From the IMG/VR virus record IMGVR_UViG_3300017706_000970, positions 24,996 through 88,995 of that record: 64,000 bases of DNA; one strand, 5' to 3'. This document shows, piece after piece, positions 39,548-49,281 of this stretch (positions within the stretch are counted from its first letter, which is position 1; every line of letters begins with the position of its first letter). The position numbers and the translations under genes were made by a program. The notes under the pieces are model-generated. The model was not told where the DNA came from and ran no database searches. It was given only the letters and a program-made list of their open reading frames with translations. The stretch is from a virus.

Positions 39548-40229
39548 TACTATGAAATTATCAAGAGAAACATTGGAAATACTAAAGAACTATTCGACGA
39601 TCAATTGTAATATTAAGATCGATGCTGGTTCTACAATCAAAACTCTTTCGCCAATGAAGAACATCATGTCGAAGACGAGTATCGAAGAGACGTTTGAGAC
39701 TCAGGTTTCAATCTGGGATCTCAACAAGTTTCTAGGAACGGTTTCTCTTTACGAGAAGCCAGTGTTTGAGTTTCAGGATGATCATGTGATCATCTCGGAA
39801 GAGAATGGAAAGTCAAAGACTAAGTATCGGTACGCCGAGTCATCACTGATCTCAAGTGTGGACAAGGATGTACAGATGCCAGAACCAGTAGTTTCCTTTG
39901 TTCTATACAACAAGGATCTTTCTCAGGTTCTCAAGGCCGCTTCGGTCCTTGGACTTCCTGATCTTGCCGTTCGTTCATCCGATGACGGGTCGGAGATCGA
40001 ACTCGTTGCTCTGGATCTTAAGGATTCTAGTTGCAATACTTACAGTGTTACACTGGGTGACAATCCCGGTGGTCAATTCACCTTCAATTACAAAACCGAA
40101 AACATGAAGATGATTGCCGGCGATTACGATGTTGATATCACAGATAAGTTTGTAAGTCAGTTGACAAACAAAAATATTGATGTAACATACTGGATCGCAT
40201 TAGATAACACTTCTAAGTATGAGGGTTGA
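39528..40229 (+). CDS. gp45: DNA polymerase sliding clamp
   Basis: MKLS.ETL.ILKN.STIN, I.DLN.FL, KAA.VL.LPDL, EN.K.I.GDY.V, YWIAL; GGAG RBS before ATG 39528. Confidence 0.92.
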   Translation: MTAVKVDTMKLSRETLEILKNYSTINCNIKIDAGSTIKTLSPMKNIMSKTSIEETFETQVSIWDLNKFLGTVSLYEKPVFEFQDDHVIISEENGKSKTKYRYAESSLISSVDKDVQMPEPVVSFVLYNKDLSQVLKAASVLGLPDLAVRSSDDGSEIELVALDLKDSSCNTYSVTLGDNPGGQFTFNYKTENMKMIAGDYDVDITDKFVSQLTNKNIDVTYWIALDNTSKYEG

Positions 40230-41170
40230 ACGTGAAGCAAGAACATTTGTGGGTCGAGAAGTATCGTCCCAGAACAATTGAAGAGTGTATTCTTCCTGTC
40301 TCTATCAAGAGTACATTTCAGGACATTGTAAATTCAGGAGAGATGCAGAACCTACTTCTCTCCGGCAAGGCTGGGTGCGGTAAGACTACCGTTGCCCGTG
40401 CCTTGTGTAATGAACTTGGTTGTGAGAACATTCTAATCAACTGTTCGGAAGATGGAAACATCGACACACTCCGAACCAAGATTCGAAATTTCGCAAGTAC
40501 AGTTTCATTCAGTGACCAGAAGAAGGTGGTGATTCTGGACGAGTTTGATTATTCAAATGCCCAGTCTACCCAACCGGCACTTCGTGGTTTCATCGAAGAG
40601 TTTTCCAAGAACTGTAGGTTTGTTTTGACTTGTAATTACAAGAACAGAATCATTGAACCTATTCATTCACGATGTACCAACATCGAATTTAAGATTGAGT
40701 CATCAGACAAACCAAAACTTGGTAAGCAGTTCTTCGACAGGTGTAGTAACATCCTAAAGGACGAAGAAGTTCCGTTCAAAGAAAAGGCCCTTGGTGAACT
40801 GGTCATCAAACACTTCCCAGACTTCCGTAGAATTCTAAACGAACTCCAACGGTATTCTGTTTCGGGTCAAATCGACGAGGGTATTCTAACCCAGATCGGT
40901 GAAGTGAACATCAAGAATCTGATGGAGTCTATGAAGAGTAAGGACTTCACCAATGTCAGGAAGTGGGTCGTCGAGAATCTAGACAATGACCCAGTGCAAA
41001 TCTTTCGTAAGTTATATGATTCTCTCTATGATAATCTTACATCGCACAGTATTCCACAAGCAATTCTTGTGATCGCCGAGTATCAGTACAAGGCTGCATT
41101 CGTTGCCGACGCGGAGATCAATCTAACGGCATGTCTTATTGAAATTATGATGGAGTGTGAATTTAAATGA
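40226..41170 (+). CDS. gp44: clamp loader large subunit (AAA+)
   Basis: LWVEKYRP, G.AG.GKTT, ILDE.D, CRF.LTCN.KNRII.P.HSRC, FPDFRR.LNELQRY. Confidence 0.95.
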   Translation: MNVKQEHLWVEKYRPRTIEECILPVSIKSTFQDIVNSGEMQNLLLSGKAGCGKTTVARALCNELGCENILINCSEDGNIDTLRTKIRNFASTVSFSDQKKVVILDEFDYSNAQSTQPALRGFIEEFSKNCRFVLTCNYKNRIIEPIHSRCTNIEFKIESSDKPKLGKQFFDRCSNILKDEEVPFKEKALGELVIKHFPDFRRILNELQRYSVSGQIDEGILTQIGEVNIKNLMESMKSKDFTNVRKWVVENLDNDPVQIFRKLYDSLYDNLTSHSIPQAILVIAEYQYKAAFVADAEINLTACLIEIMMECEFK

Positions 41171-41388
41171 TCAATGGTATGAAAACTAATACTAAGTCAA
41201 CACTCTCTTCAAACTCTAAACTTTGTACACAGATTATTCATTTTTCTAGTGGAGAGAAGAGAACATTCACGGACATATTGACCGAAAATATTAAGCAAGG
41301 TCAGTTCACGAAACTAGAAAGAAAAGATGGAAGTATGATAATGATTAACGATAAAAATGTTATTTGTATTGAGGTATTTTTCCAATGA
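41167..41388 (+). CDS. small hypothetical protein
   Basis: ATGA-coupled on both sides. Confidence 0.55.
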   Translation: MINGMKTNTKSTLSSNSKLCTQIIHFSSGEKRTFTDILTENIKQGQFTKLERKDGSMIMINDKNVICIEVFFQ

Positions 41389-41678
41389 AGTTTTATCCAA
41401 CAAGAGGCAAAGTTGCCATCAAGATGGAAGGTTCAAAACAAGCTGATGGACCTATAATTTATGAAGAGAAAAATACTGGTCTTTATGGTACAGGATTTGT
41501 TGCCAGTGTAGGAAATCCTGTTATACTAGAGAGTGGTGAGGAAGTAATTCCAGAATTTCATGAGGGACAACGTGTCGCTTATGAGAATCGAAAAGATCAC
41601 CAATTCTTTGGAGATTTTGTTATGATGGATCAGAGATGTGTCGTTGCAATCTTGGATGGAGAAACCAAGATTGGCTGA
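41385..41678 (+). CDS. GroES/Cpn10-like co-chaperonin
   Basis: 97 aa; P...KV.I, G.I mobile loop, G.V.SVG...L.SG.......EG.RV.Y, ...VVAIL; divergent. Confidence 0.7.
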   Translation: MKFYPTRGKVAIKMEGSKQADGPIIYEEKNTGLYGTGFVASVGNPVILESGEEVIPEFHEGQRVAYENRKDHQFFGDFVMMDQRCVVAILDGETKIG

Positions 41679-42789
41679 ACTGATTCTCAATCAAAGTGAC
41701 ACAGATTATGCTATGTCGAGAGTTCGTGATTACTACGAAAACTTTGATCGCATTGATGGTTACTTTCGGGATCGAAAGAAGGAGAGACTGGAGGGGGTCA
41801 CTCCTTCTCTCTTTCCCGTTGAGAATGAGTTCTTCAATGACTTTACGATGAACCCGATGGATATGAATTTTGCCGTAACAGAAACTTCGAAAGAAGTTTA
41901 CGACAATCTTTTCTGTCAGGTTTCATCGTTCCCCGCAGACGACAACCCCGGCAAGAATGTTCGGTTTTTGATCAAGGAGACAAACACCAACACGATTGCC
42001 GGGTTTGTCCGTCTCGGTTCTCCCACGATTAACAGTGCGCCTCGTAACAAGATGCTGGGCAACACTCCAGATCTTACCGCGTTGAATCGTCACTTTATCA
42101 TGGGGTTTCATATTGTTCCTGCTCAACCCTTCGGTTTCAATTACCTCGGTGGTAAATTACTTACAATGATTTGTTGTTCGCATTTTACACGACGGTATCT
42201 AAACAAGAAGTATGGAGTAGAAATTTGTGCCTTTGAGACTACCTCGTTGTATGGTAATATCAAGGGGTGTAGTCAGTATGATGGAATGAAACCTTACCTA
42301 CGAAACGTAGGACTTACCGATAGCAAGTTTCTGCTCACTATGGCTGACAAGTGGTATGCTGAATTGAACGAGTGGTTCATCAATCGCAATGGTGGAGAAC
42401 ATTTGATTAAGAAAGATGCGTCTAGTCGTAAACTAAAGACACAGACCAAGATGATTGCAATCATCAAGGCCAGTCTTCGTTCACAGGGACGTACAACGGA
42501 TCTGGCGGACTTCAACGACTTCATCAAGAAGGCAATCGACCTCAACACACAGAAACTACAATACTTCTCTAACTATGGTTTTGAGAATGTGGTTGACTAT
42601 GTAAATGGTAAAACCGATGCACTGATTAAGAAACCAAACTACGACAACTATGAACTAGAAAATGCAATCAATTGGTGGAAGAAGAAAGCTCAGAAACGAT
42701 TTGACAATCTAAATGCAGATGGTAGAATACGACATGAGATGGAAGTCTGGAAGTCAGACAACCTAGAAGGAATTGATATTATCCGATGA
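41671..42789 (+). CDS. DUF4338-like protein
   Basis: GF.RLGSP.IN..PRN, MGF.IVP.QPFGFNYLGGKLL...CCSH, FETTSLYG...SQYDGMKP; TTG start inferred from GGAG spacing (track start 41638). Confidence 0.65.
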   Translation: MAELILNQSDTDYAMSRVRDYYENFDRIDGYFRDRKKERLEGVTPSLFPVENEFFNDFTMNPMDMNFAVTETSKEVYDNLFCQVSSFPADDNPGKNVRFLIKETNTNTIAGFVRLGSPTINSAPRNKMLGNTPDLTALNRHFIMGFHIVPAQPFGFNYLGGKLLTMICCSHFTRRYLNKKYGVEICAFETTSLYGNIKGCSQYDGMKPYLRNVGLTDSKFLLTMADKWYAELNEWFINRNGGEHLIKKDASSRKLKTQTKMIAIIKASLRSQGRTTDLADFNDFIKKAIDLNTQKLQYFSNYGFENVVDYVNGKTDALIKKPNYDNYELENAINWWKKKAQKRFDNLNADGRIRHEMEVWKSDNLEGIDIIR

Positions 42790-43163
42790 AGATGAACCTA
42801 TCCGAAGTTCTAAATGCAATCAACTATGACAAAACGCCTCTTCTCGAAGATGATCTTCAGGAGAAGGCATACGTCCCGTTTGTGATCAACCGATCACTTT
42901 CTTACTTTCCTGATACGATTTTGTATGCAAATCAGGTAAACCACTACAATCAATTGGACAAGAAGATGCAGTTTGACTATCTTCGATTGTCTCTTCGTCC
43001 AAGAAAACGATTCAGTAAGTGGATTAAGTCACAAGAAGAAGATGATTTGCAGTTGATCAAGGACCATTATAACTATTCTAACGAGAGAGCTACTGAAGTG
43101 CTTAGGGTACTTACCCCAAATCAGATTCAAGATATCCGTTCCCTGTACGAATACGGGGGTTGA
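42786..43163 (+). CDS. gp62: clamp loader small subunit
   Basis: L.AIN..K, Y.PF.INRSLS.F.DTI..AN, QFDY...SLR.RKRFSKW.K, Y.YS.E.A. Confidence 0.92.
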   Translation: MKMNLSEVLNAINYDKTPLLEDDLQEKAYVPFVINRSLSYFPDTILYANQVNHYNQLDKKMQFDYLRLSLRPRKRFSKWIKSQEEDDLQLIKDHYNYSNERATEVLRVLTPNQIQDIRSLYEYGG

Positions 43164-43176
43164 AAACGGGTAAAAT

Positions 43177-43184
43177 CCTAAATA
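43177..43184 (+). promoter_or_regulatory. late promoter variant CCTAAATA upstream of regA and the glycosylation cluster
   Basis: Intergenic; same octamer as before uvsW and 56517. Confidence 0.6.
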
Positions 43185-43217
43185 TAACGTCTTTTATTTA
43201 ACAAAAGGTGTTATGAC

Positions 43218-43625
43218 ATGGAAGAATATATTGATATAGGCGTAGAAGATTTGTTAGAAGTTACGCTCAGTGAAAAGGATGACTTTCTCAAAGTGAGAGA
43301 AACCTTAACAAGAATAGGCGTATCGTCTAGAACAGAAAATAAACTATGGCAGTCTTGCCATATTTTACACAAGAAAGGTAAGTATTACATCGTACACTTT
43401 AAAGAGTTGTTTGCTCTTGATGGTCTACCAAGTAATCTTTCCGAGAGTGATGTTTCAAGAAGAAATATGATCGCAAGTCTGTTGGAAGAATGGGGTCTAT
43501 TGGAAATTGTAGATCCTACCAGAACCGAAGACAAAGTTCCGATTAATCATATTAAGATAATTCCTCATCGTGAGAAGAGTGAGTGGGAATTGATACCTAA
43601 ATATCATATCGGTAAACGTAAATGA
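43218..43625 (+). CDS. regA: translational repressor RegA
   Basis: DDFLKVRETLTRIGV.SR...KL.QSCHILHK.GKYYIVHFKELFALDG, W.L.PKY.IG. Confidence 0.96.
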   Translation: MEEYIDIGVEDLLEVTLSEKDDFLKVRETLTRIGVSSRTENKLWQSCHILHKKGKYYIVHFKELFALDGLPSNLSESDVSRRNMIASLLEEWGLLEIVDPTRTEDKVPINHIKIIPHREKSEWELIPKYHIGKRK

Positions 43626-43649
43626 TGCAACTAGTGAAGGATTTATATA

Positions 43650-44297
43650 ATGAGCATTCCAAAAATTATCCACCAAATATGGGTGGGTGATCAGTCCAAA
43701 CGTCCTGTCGAAATGATGGAGACTTGGAAAGAAAAGAACCCAACATGGGACTATCGGTTTTGGTCTGAAGAGAACATGCCGAAACTAAGAAATCAAGCAC
43801 AGTTTGATGCTATGAATGAACTCGCCGGTAAGGCAGACATACTTCGGTATGAACTGCTTTATAACTACGGTGGGTTTTTTATTGATGCTGATTCTATCTG
43901 TGTAAATCCACTTGATGATTTCTTCTTAGAGAATGAAGCATTCTGTTGTTGGGAAAACGAAGAGGTTCGTGAAGGATTGATGTGTAATGGATATCTTGCA
44001 TGTTCACAAAACAACAAGTTGTTGGATGACATGGTTTGGAGGATTCGTGAAATGAATCCAGAAGAACTTTCTAAGTTACCAAATCTTACCGCATGGAAAA
44101 CTGTCGGACCTGTGTTCCTCACAGAGATGACTAAGAAAACTGGTTACGATAAGATCAAAATTTATCCTTCACATTACTTCTTGCCAAAACATTATACTGG
44201 TGTAGAATATAAGGGTAATGATAAGATCTATTCTGAACAGTATTGGGGTAGCACCGAAACAATGAAAGGTAAAATGGGAATGACATATGGACAATAA
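43650..44297 (+). CDS. glycosyltransferase, GT32/OCH1-like DXD family
   Basis: IPKIIHQIW, W...NP.W.Y.FW, ADILRY.LLY.YGG...D.D, TVGP.FLT. Confidence 0.85.
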   Translation: MSIPKIIHQIWVGDQSKRPVEMMETWKEKNPTWDYRFWSEENMPKLRNQAQFDAMNELAGKADILRYELLYNYGGFFIDADSICVNPLDDFFLENEAFCCWENEEVREGLMCNGYLACSQNNKLLDDMVWRIREMNPEELSKLPNLTAWKTVGPVFLTEMTKKTGYDKIKIYPSHYFLPKHYTGVEYKGNDKIYSEQYWGSTETMKGKMGMTYGQ

Positions 44298-44994
44298 AAA
44301 TAATGAAAAAAATTGGTACTCAATAGTAACTAATGAATGTCTTAGTTATCCTATTCCAGTTGATGTTAAAATTTGTTTAGATGTTGGATGTAATGTCGGT
44401 GGATTTGTAAATGCTTGGAAAGATCACATTGAAAAATTTTATTGTGTAGATGCCGGGTCCAGTAATGTGTCAGAAATAAAACATAATACAAAAGACTTTG
44501 AAAACGAAATAACAATAATTCATAAAGCTGTTCATAGCAATTCCAATGAAAAGTTGTCGTTAAGACCCTATCTAGTAGACAACCAAAAACCAATAAATAG
44601 TGGTTCTTATGGAACAACAGAATTTGTTTATGATAATAACAATCATGGATGGAGAACTGATACATCCGCAGATTTTGAAGTAGTCGATACTATAAGTTTA
44701 GAAGACTTACTTACAGATGCTAAGAAACAAATGAATGTAAGTGAAATTGATTTGATGAAAGTTGATATTGAGGGTGCAGAATATGATTTTCTGATGAATA
44801 AAGATTTAAGTTCTGTCAAGTATATCGTTATGGAATTTCATAACTTCTTAAGTAAAATGGAATCTGAGATCGATGGAAAGAATCGTTCTGAGGCTTTACA
44901 TGATCACATATCAAAGACACATATAATGAAAATAAGTAATGGTGATGGGATCCATACTCATTTTAACAGACTTTATGAGAGAAGAGAAAAATGA
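44287..44994 (+). CDS. FkbM-family SAM methyltransferase
   Basis: LDVGCNVG, IDL.KVDIEGAEY, EFH. Confidence 0.85.
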   Translation: MDNKNNEKNWYSIVTNECLSYPIPVDVKICLDVGCNVGGFVNAWKDHIEKFYCVDAGSSNVSEIKHNTKDFENEITIIHKAVHSNSNEKLSLRPYLVDNQKPINSGSYGTTEFVYDNNNHGWRTDTSADFEVVDTISLEDLLTDAKKQMNVSEIDLMKVDIEGAEYDFLMNKDLSSVKYIVMEFHNFLSKMESEIDGKNRSEALHDHISKTHIMKISNGDGIHTHFNRLYERREK

Positions 44995-45746
44995 GTGTTG
45001 ATGTATTTTTAAATTGTTATAGAAGAACACGTTGGTTACCTGAACAGATAGAAGCCGTAAACAATCAGAGTGTTGATGTTTCTGGGATCTATGCTTGGCG
45101 AAACAATAGTGAACAAGAAGTTCCAGACGAAATAAAGAAACAACTGATCTTTGCAGATTGCAATTACAATCTTGGAGTCTGGTCTAGATTTGCTTACGCT
45201 CTTAACTCGAAGGCTGATTATATTTGCGTTCTAGATGACGACACCATTCCCGGTGAAAACTGGTTGCAAAATTGTCTGGATACTATGGAGAAGACTCCCG
45301 GTCTCCTTGGAACTGTCGGTGTTCTGTTTGGTGACAAACATTACTCGTGGCAAAAACTTAGACGGGTTGGATGGTGTGATCCAAACGAAGAAACTGCAAA
45401 GGTAGATATTGTTGGTCACTCTTGGTTCTTCCCAAGAGAACTTCTAAGTGTTCTGTGGAGAGAACTGCCTCATGTTGATATTCCGCCAATTGTTGGTGAA
45501 GATATTCATTTCTCTCATATGATTCAGAAGTATACGGACTTTGCAACATATGTCCCTCCTCATCCAAAGGATGATCTTTCTATGTGGGGTAGTACCAAAG
45601 GTTCTGAATATGGTCACAGTGAAGAAGGAATCTCAATGACTACGTTTCAGGGTCCAAATGGAAAACCATTTAGAGCGGGGCAACTAATGGGTATTTGTCT
45701 AGCTAGGGCCGTCGATGATGGTTTCAAGATCTTGGAAGCAGAATGA
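44991..45746 (+). CDS. GT-A fold glycosyltransferase (GT2-like)
   Basis: YRR...L.EQ, N.GVW.RF, VLDDDT.PG, DIVGH.WF, GEDIH.S. Confidence 0.75.
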   Translation: MSVDVFLNCYRRTRWLPEQIEAVNNQSVDVSGIYAWRNNSEQEVPDEIKKQLIFADCNYNLGVWSRFAYALNSKADYICVLDDDTIPGENWLQNCLDTMEKTPGLLGTVGVLFGDKHYSWQKLRRVGWCDPNEETAKVDIVGHSWFFPRELLSVLWRELPHVDIPPIVGEDIHFSHMIQKYTDFATYVPPHPKDDLSMWGSTKGSEYGHSEEGISMTTFQGPNGKPFRAGQLMGICLARAVDDGFKILEAE

Positions 45747-46519
45747 AAGATTTCAAACAAGAATTTTATAAGTATCTAACAAAAATACAACTACATGAAC
45801 CTTTCGCATTTAGTAGATGGGCGGATGGTGAACTTTGGATTCTTGAGAATAAATCTTACTCTCTGAGTCCTACTTCTCATGGTTATTTAAATCCAGAAGA
45901 TCAGAAAGAGTTCAATTCTGAAACACATAAATTTCATCATGATAAATTGTGGGATGCTTTTAGATATAAGTCTAAAACCTATCACATTGGCATAACTACA
46001 AATTCTGATGCGGGAATAGTTGGGTATAGTCCACGGGACTGGATGATTGATAATAGTGCTTCTGATATTGAAAATATAACTTTTGCCAATTTGTTTATCA
46101 ACTCTAACTATTATAATTTTCGTGAAAAGGTTTTACCTACATTTGACGAGTATGAAATCGTTATTATGTGTAATGAAAATTCTAAGTTAGATAAATTCAA
46201 GAATGTCATAAAAGATTTTAGAGTTGGATCAAACTGTATCATAAACGATGATGATAAGATAGAAGAGATAGTTCAATATACCCGAGAGACTAAACCAGAA
46301 GGTAAATTGTTTTTGTTTTGTGCAAGTAGTCTTGGAAATATTTGCATTCATAAACTGCATGAAATTGCACCAAACAACACATATCTTGATTTGGGTTCTG
46401 CCCTAAATCCCGATCTTGAATTGGGAATTGATAGGGGATATTTGTCTGCTTGGGCTGGAGTCAAGCAAAGAGGCATGTGGGACATGTCCAGTTATCTTGT
46501 GAGAAATGAGGCATGGTGA
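45743..46519 (+). CDS. GT-D fold (DUF1792-like) glycosyltransferase
   Basis: FAFSRWADGE, LFLFCA..LG, YLDLGSAL. Confidence 0.6.
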   Translation: MKDFKQEFYKYLTKIQLHEPFAFSRWADGELWILENKSYSLSPTSHGYLNPEDQKEFNSETHKFHHDKLWDAFRYKSKTYHIGITTNSDAGIVGYSPRDWMIDNSASDIENITFANLFINSNYYNFREKVLPTFDEYEIVIMCNENSKLDKFKNVIKDFRVGSNCIINDDDKIEEIVQYTRETKPEGKLFLFCASSLGNICIHKLHEIAPNNTYLDLGSALNPDLELGIDRGYLSAWAGVKQRGMWDMSSYLVRNEAW

Positions 46520-46902
46520 TGATAAAAATAGTTAACAATGATCCTAAGTATTATGATTTCATACGATTACTTCGTAGTGATCCGAGAGTCCAAGATGGAT
46601 TCATAGAAGTCGTGAACATAACCAAAGATCAACAGGATAAATACATGCGTAAGCATCGTTCCAAATACATTGTCGCCTTGTACAATGATGAACCTGCTGG
46701 GTTTGCAGGGTCTTTGGATAATGATATTCGCGTGTGTGTACATCCTAATTATCAGGGTAAAGGTGTAGGAAAAGTTCTAATAACAGAACTGATGGAAAGA
46801 TTCCCAGATTCTTTTGCTAAAGTGAAAATTGAAAACGAAGCAAGTAGAAAACTATTCGAAAGTTGCGGATTTCAAATTAAGTATTGGTTAATGGAAAGAT
46901 GA
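46513..46902 (+). CDS. GNAT N-acetyltransferase (PseH-like)
   Basis: V.P.YQGKGVG acetyl-CoA motif, N.AS..LFE..GF. Confidence 0.82.
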   Translation: MVMIKIVNNDPKYYDFIRLLRSDPRVQDGFIEVVNITKDQQDKYMRKHRSKYIVALYNDEPAGFAGSLDNDIRVCVHPNYQGKGVGKVLITELMERFPDSFAKVKIENEASRKLFESCGFQIKYWLMER

Positions 46903-47501
46903 AACATAACCCTTTTAAAATTGTAGAGATGTTTGAGGAGACAGTTGCTGATTACACAGGTGCGCCGTATGCCGTTGCGGTTACATCATGCACCGATGCT
47001 CTGTTTCTTTGTTGTAAGTATTTTGATGTTGATGAGGTTGAGATACCCGCAAAGACTTATCTCTCAGTACCTCAGTCTATCATTCATTCGGGTGGTGATG
47101 TAAAGTTTACCGATGATGAGTGGGAGGGTATCTACCAACTCAAACCATATCCAATTTACGATTCTGCTAAACGATTTACTTCTAACATGTATATTGAAGG
47201 TACAAACATGTGTCTGTCTTTTCATATCAAGAAGCACCTTGCAATTGGTAAGGGTGGTATGGTTCTAACCGACAACAAAGATATTGTTGAATGGCTTCGT
47301 GTTGCACGATACGAAGGCCGACACGCAGTACCATATAAGGAAGACGATATCACAATGCTTGGTTGGAACATGTATATGACTCCGCAACAGGCGTCACATG
47401 GTCTTGCACTGATGCAGAACTACCCAGAGAACGTACCAGATCTTATTGAAGAAGGAGGATACCGAGACTTGCGAGAGTTTACGGTATTTAAAAACAAATG
47501 A
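46899..47501 (+). CDS. DegT/DnrJ/EryC1 PLP aminotransferase, compact form
   Basis: FE..VA.Y.G..YAVAV.SCT.AL, DSA, SFH..KHL..G.GG; only ~200 aa. Confidence 0.8.
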   Translation: MKHNPFKIVEMFEETVADYTGAPYAVAVTSCTDALFLCCKYFDVDEVEIPAKTYLSVPQSIIHSGGDVKFTDDEWEGIYQLKPYPIYDSAKRFTSNMYIEGTNMCLSFHIKKHLAIGKGGMVLTDNKDIVEWLRVARYEGRHAVPYKEDDITMLGWNMYMTPQQASHGLALMQNYPENVPDLIEEGGYRDLREFTVFKNK

Positions 47502-48358
47502 TAACCTTCAGTAAACTAGGTAGTGCAGGTAGATTGGGAAATCAACTTTTCCAATACGCTGCTTTGTTTAGTCTCGCTAAACATAGAGGCTATGATTACG
47601 GTATACCCAATCTCGAAAACATCGAGTGGCATGGTCAAAAGTGTCTGCTTCGTGAGTTTGATCTCACTGCACAGATTGTTGATACTCGACCGAGCAAAGT
47701 TTACATGGAGCCTGATTCGTGGAACTACGATCCTAATTTTTTTAGACTACAGGACAACATTGATCTGTACGGATATTTTCAAAGCACCTTTTACTTCGGG
47801 GATCTTGTAAAGGAGATCAGAGAAGAATTGACTCCAAGTGAAAAGCATCTGAGTAGGAGTAAAGAGTGGAGAAAGACTTTAGGTGAAAGACCTGTTGTTA
47901 GTGTCCATTTGAGAAGAGGGGACAACTGCGACTGGACAGATAACGAAGGGGCAAAACAAACTGCGTATGGTTGCTCCGAAGAGTTAGATCCCAACAGTTT
48001 CATGGGTAAGTATCTCAAAAATGCCTTTGATGTTTTTTCAGATCTTGAGGATCCTCTGTTTGTCATCTTCACAGGAGGGTCTAGAAGTGGAGATGATACA
48101 TTGGATATAGAATGGTGTAAAGGGCAGTTTACAGGAGATGAGTTTTTTGTAGCAAGTTCAAACGATGAACTTAGTGATTTCTGCAACATCATGTCGTGCG
48201 ATCACAATATCATTTCTCCTATCAGTTCATTTGGGTGGTGGGCAGCATTCATAAATAAAAATGAGAGCAAACAAGTTGTTGCTCCAGAAAACTACCATCC
48301 CGGTAGTGATGTGAAAAACAGACCGATGTTTTACCCCGAGGAGTTTACTTTAGTATGA
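47498..48358 (+). CDS. GT11 alpha-1,2-fucosyltransferase-like
   Basis: GRLGNQLFQYA, GYFQS..YF, H.RRGD, SSF.WWAA. Confidence 0.88.
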   Translation: MITFSKLGSAGRLGNQLFQYAALFSLAKHRGYDYGIPNLENIEWHGQKCLLREFDLTAQIVDTRPSKVYMEPDSWNYDPNFFRLQDNIDLYGYFQSTFYFGDLVKEIREELTPSEKHLSRSKEWRKTLGERPVVSVHLRRGDNCDWTDNEGAKQTAYGCSEELDPNSFMGKYLKNAFDVFSDLEDPLFVIFTGGSRSGDDTLDIEWCKGQFTGDEFFVASSNDELSDFCNIMSCDHNIISPISSFGWWAAFINKNESKQVVAPENYHPGSDVKNRPMFYPEEFTLV

Positions 48359-49281
48359 CAGTTGTATGTAGGATCGATAATCACGGAGATGAATATCCCG
48401 ATGTTATAAACTCATTTTATGATCTAAAAAGGTTTGATAATGGGGTTCGAGATGTTGCTATTATTCAAGGTTACAAACTAAGCAGGGACGAAAATTTTCA
48501 TAGAACGATTGATGATATTCCACATCGTGCGTATTTGAACCTCGAAGCGCCGACTGCTTTTGCAAGCACGGATAACTCTATCGCTGAACAGCAAAGATTT
48601 ACACACGTTTATACTTTGTGTCCATACTCTTGTGACTATGCAAATCAAACCGGAGATACCAAGTTTATCCCAATACCATTTCCATATAGAGAGGATTGTT
48701 TTTCACCACACGACTACAGTGTGAAAGACCTAGACGCGATTTATATGGGCACGGCTATAAATCAAGAACATATTGATATAATTGAATTGATGAAACGATA
48801 CTCTTATAACTTTTGTTCATTAGGTCACTTGGGTAGCCCCACTATGTGTGGAGTATCGTCACGCGAAAAGTGGTCGGTTCTCGCAAGAACCAAAGTATCA
48901 GTTGCGATAAATATGTGTCCGATTCATGAAATGCACAAAGACTGGATCAAAAGAAATCCAAACTGGGACAAAATTGAGGCATTCAATAATCTTGATTACG
49001 GTTATTTCCCACAGTTCAAACCGAGAGTCATAGAGGCTGCTCGAATGAAAACACTAAATCTCGTAAAGCGAGATCCGTGGAACGTAATGGAATACTGGTT
49101 TGAACCCGATAAGCATTTTGTATATTGGGATACCGTTGAGGATCTACGGGAAAAAATGAACGATGCGATTGTAAACTTTGATAAGTATCAGCACATTGTC
49201 GATGCTGCATATCAAAGAGTACAAGACTTTGAAATAGATAAAATCATGGATGCTATGATAAAAGGAGATATTGTATCATGA
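48355..49281 (+). CDS. probable GT-B glycosyltransferase (CgeB-like C-terminus)
   Basis: K.RVIEAA, YWFEP.KHFVY....DL, context in sugar cluster. Confidence 0.55.
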   Translation: MTVVCRIDNHGDEYPDVINSFYDLKRFDNGVRDVAIIQGYKLSRDENFHRTIDDIPHRAYLNLEAPTAFASTDNSIAEQQRFTHVYTLCPYSCDYANQTGDTKFIPIPFPYREDCFSPHDYSVKDLDAIYMGTAINQEHIDIIELMKRYSYNFCSLGHLGSPTMCGVSSREKWSVLARTKVSVAINMCPIHEMHKDWIKRNPNWDKIEAFNNLDYGYFPQFKPRVIEAARMKTLNLVKRDPWNVMEYWFEPDKHFVYWDTVEDLREKMNDAIVNFDKYQHIVDAAYQRVQDFEIDKIMDAMIKGDIVS

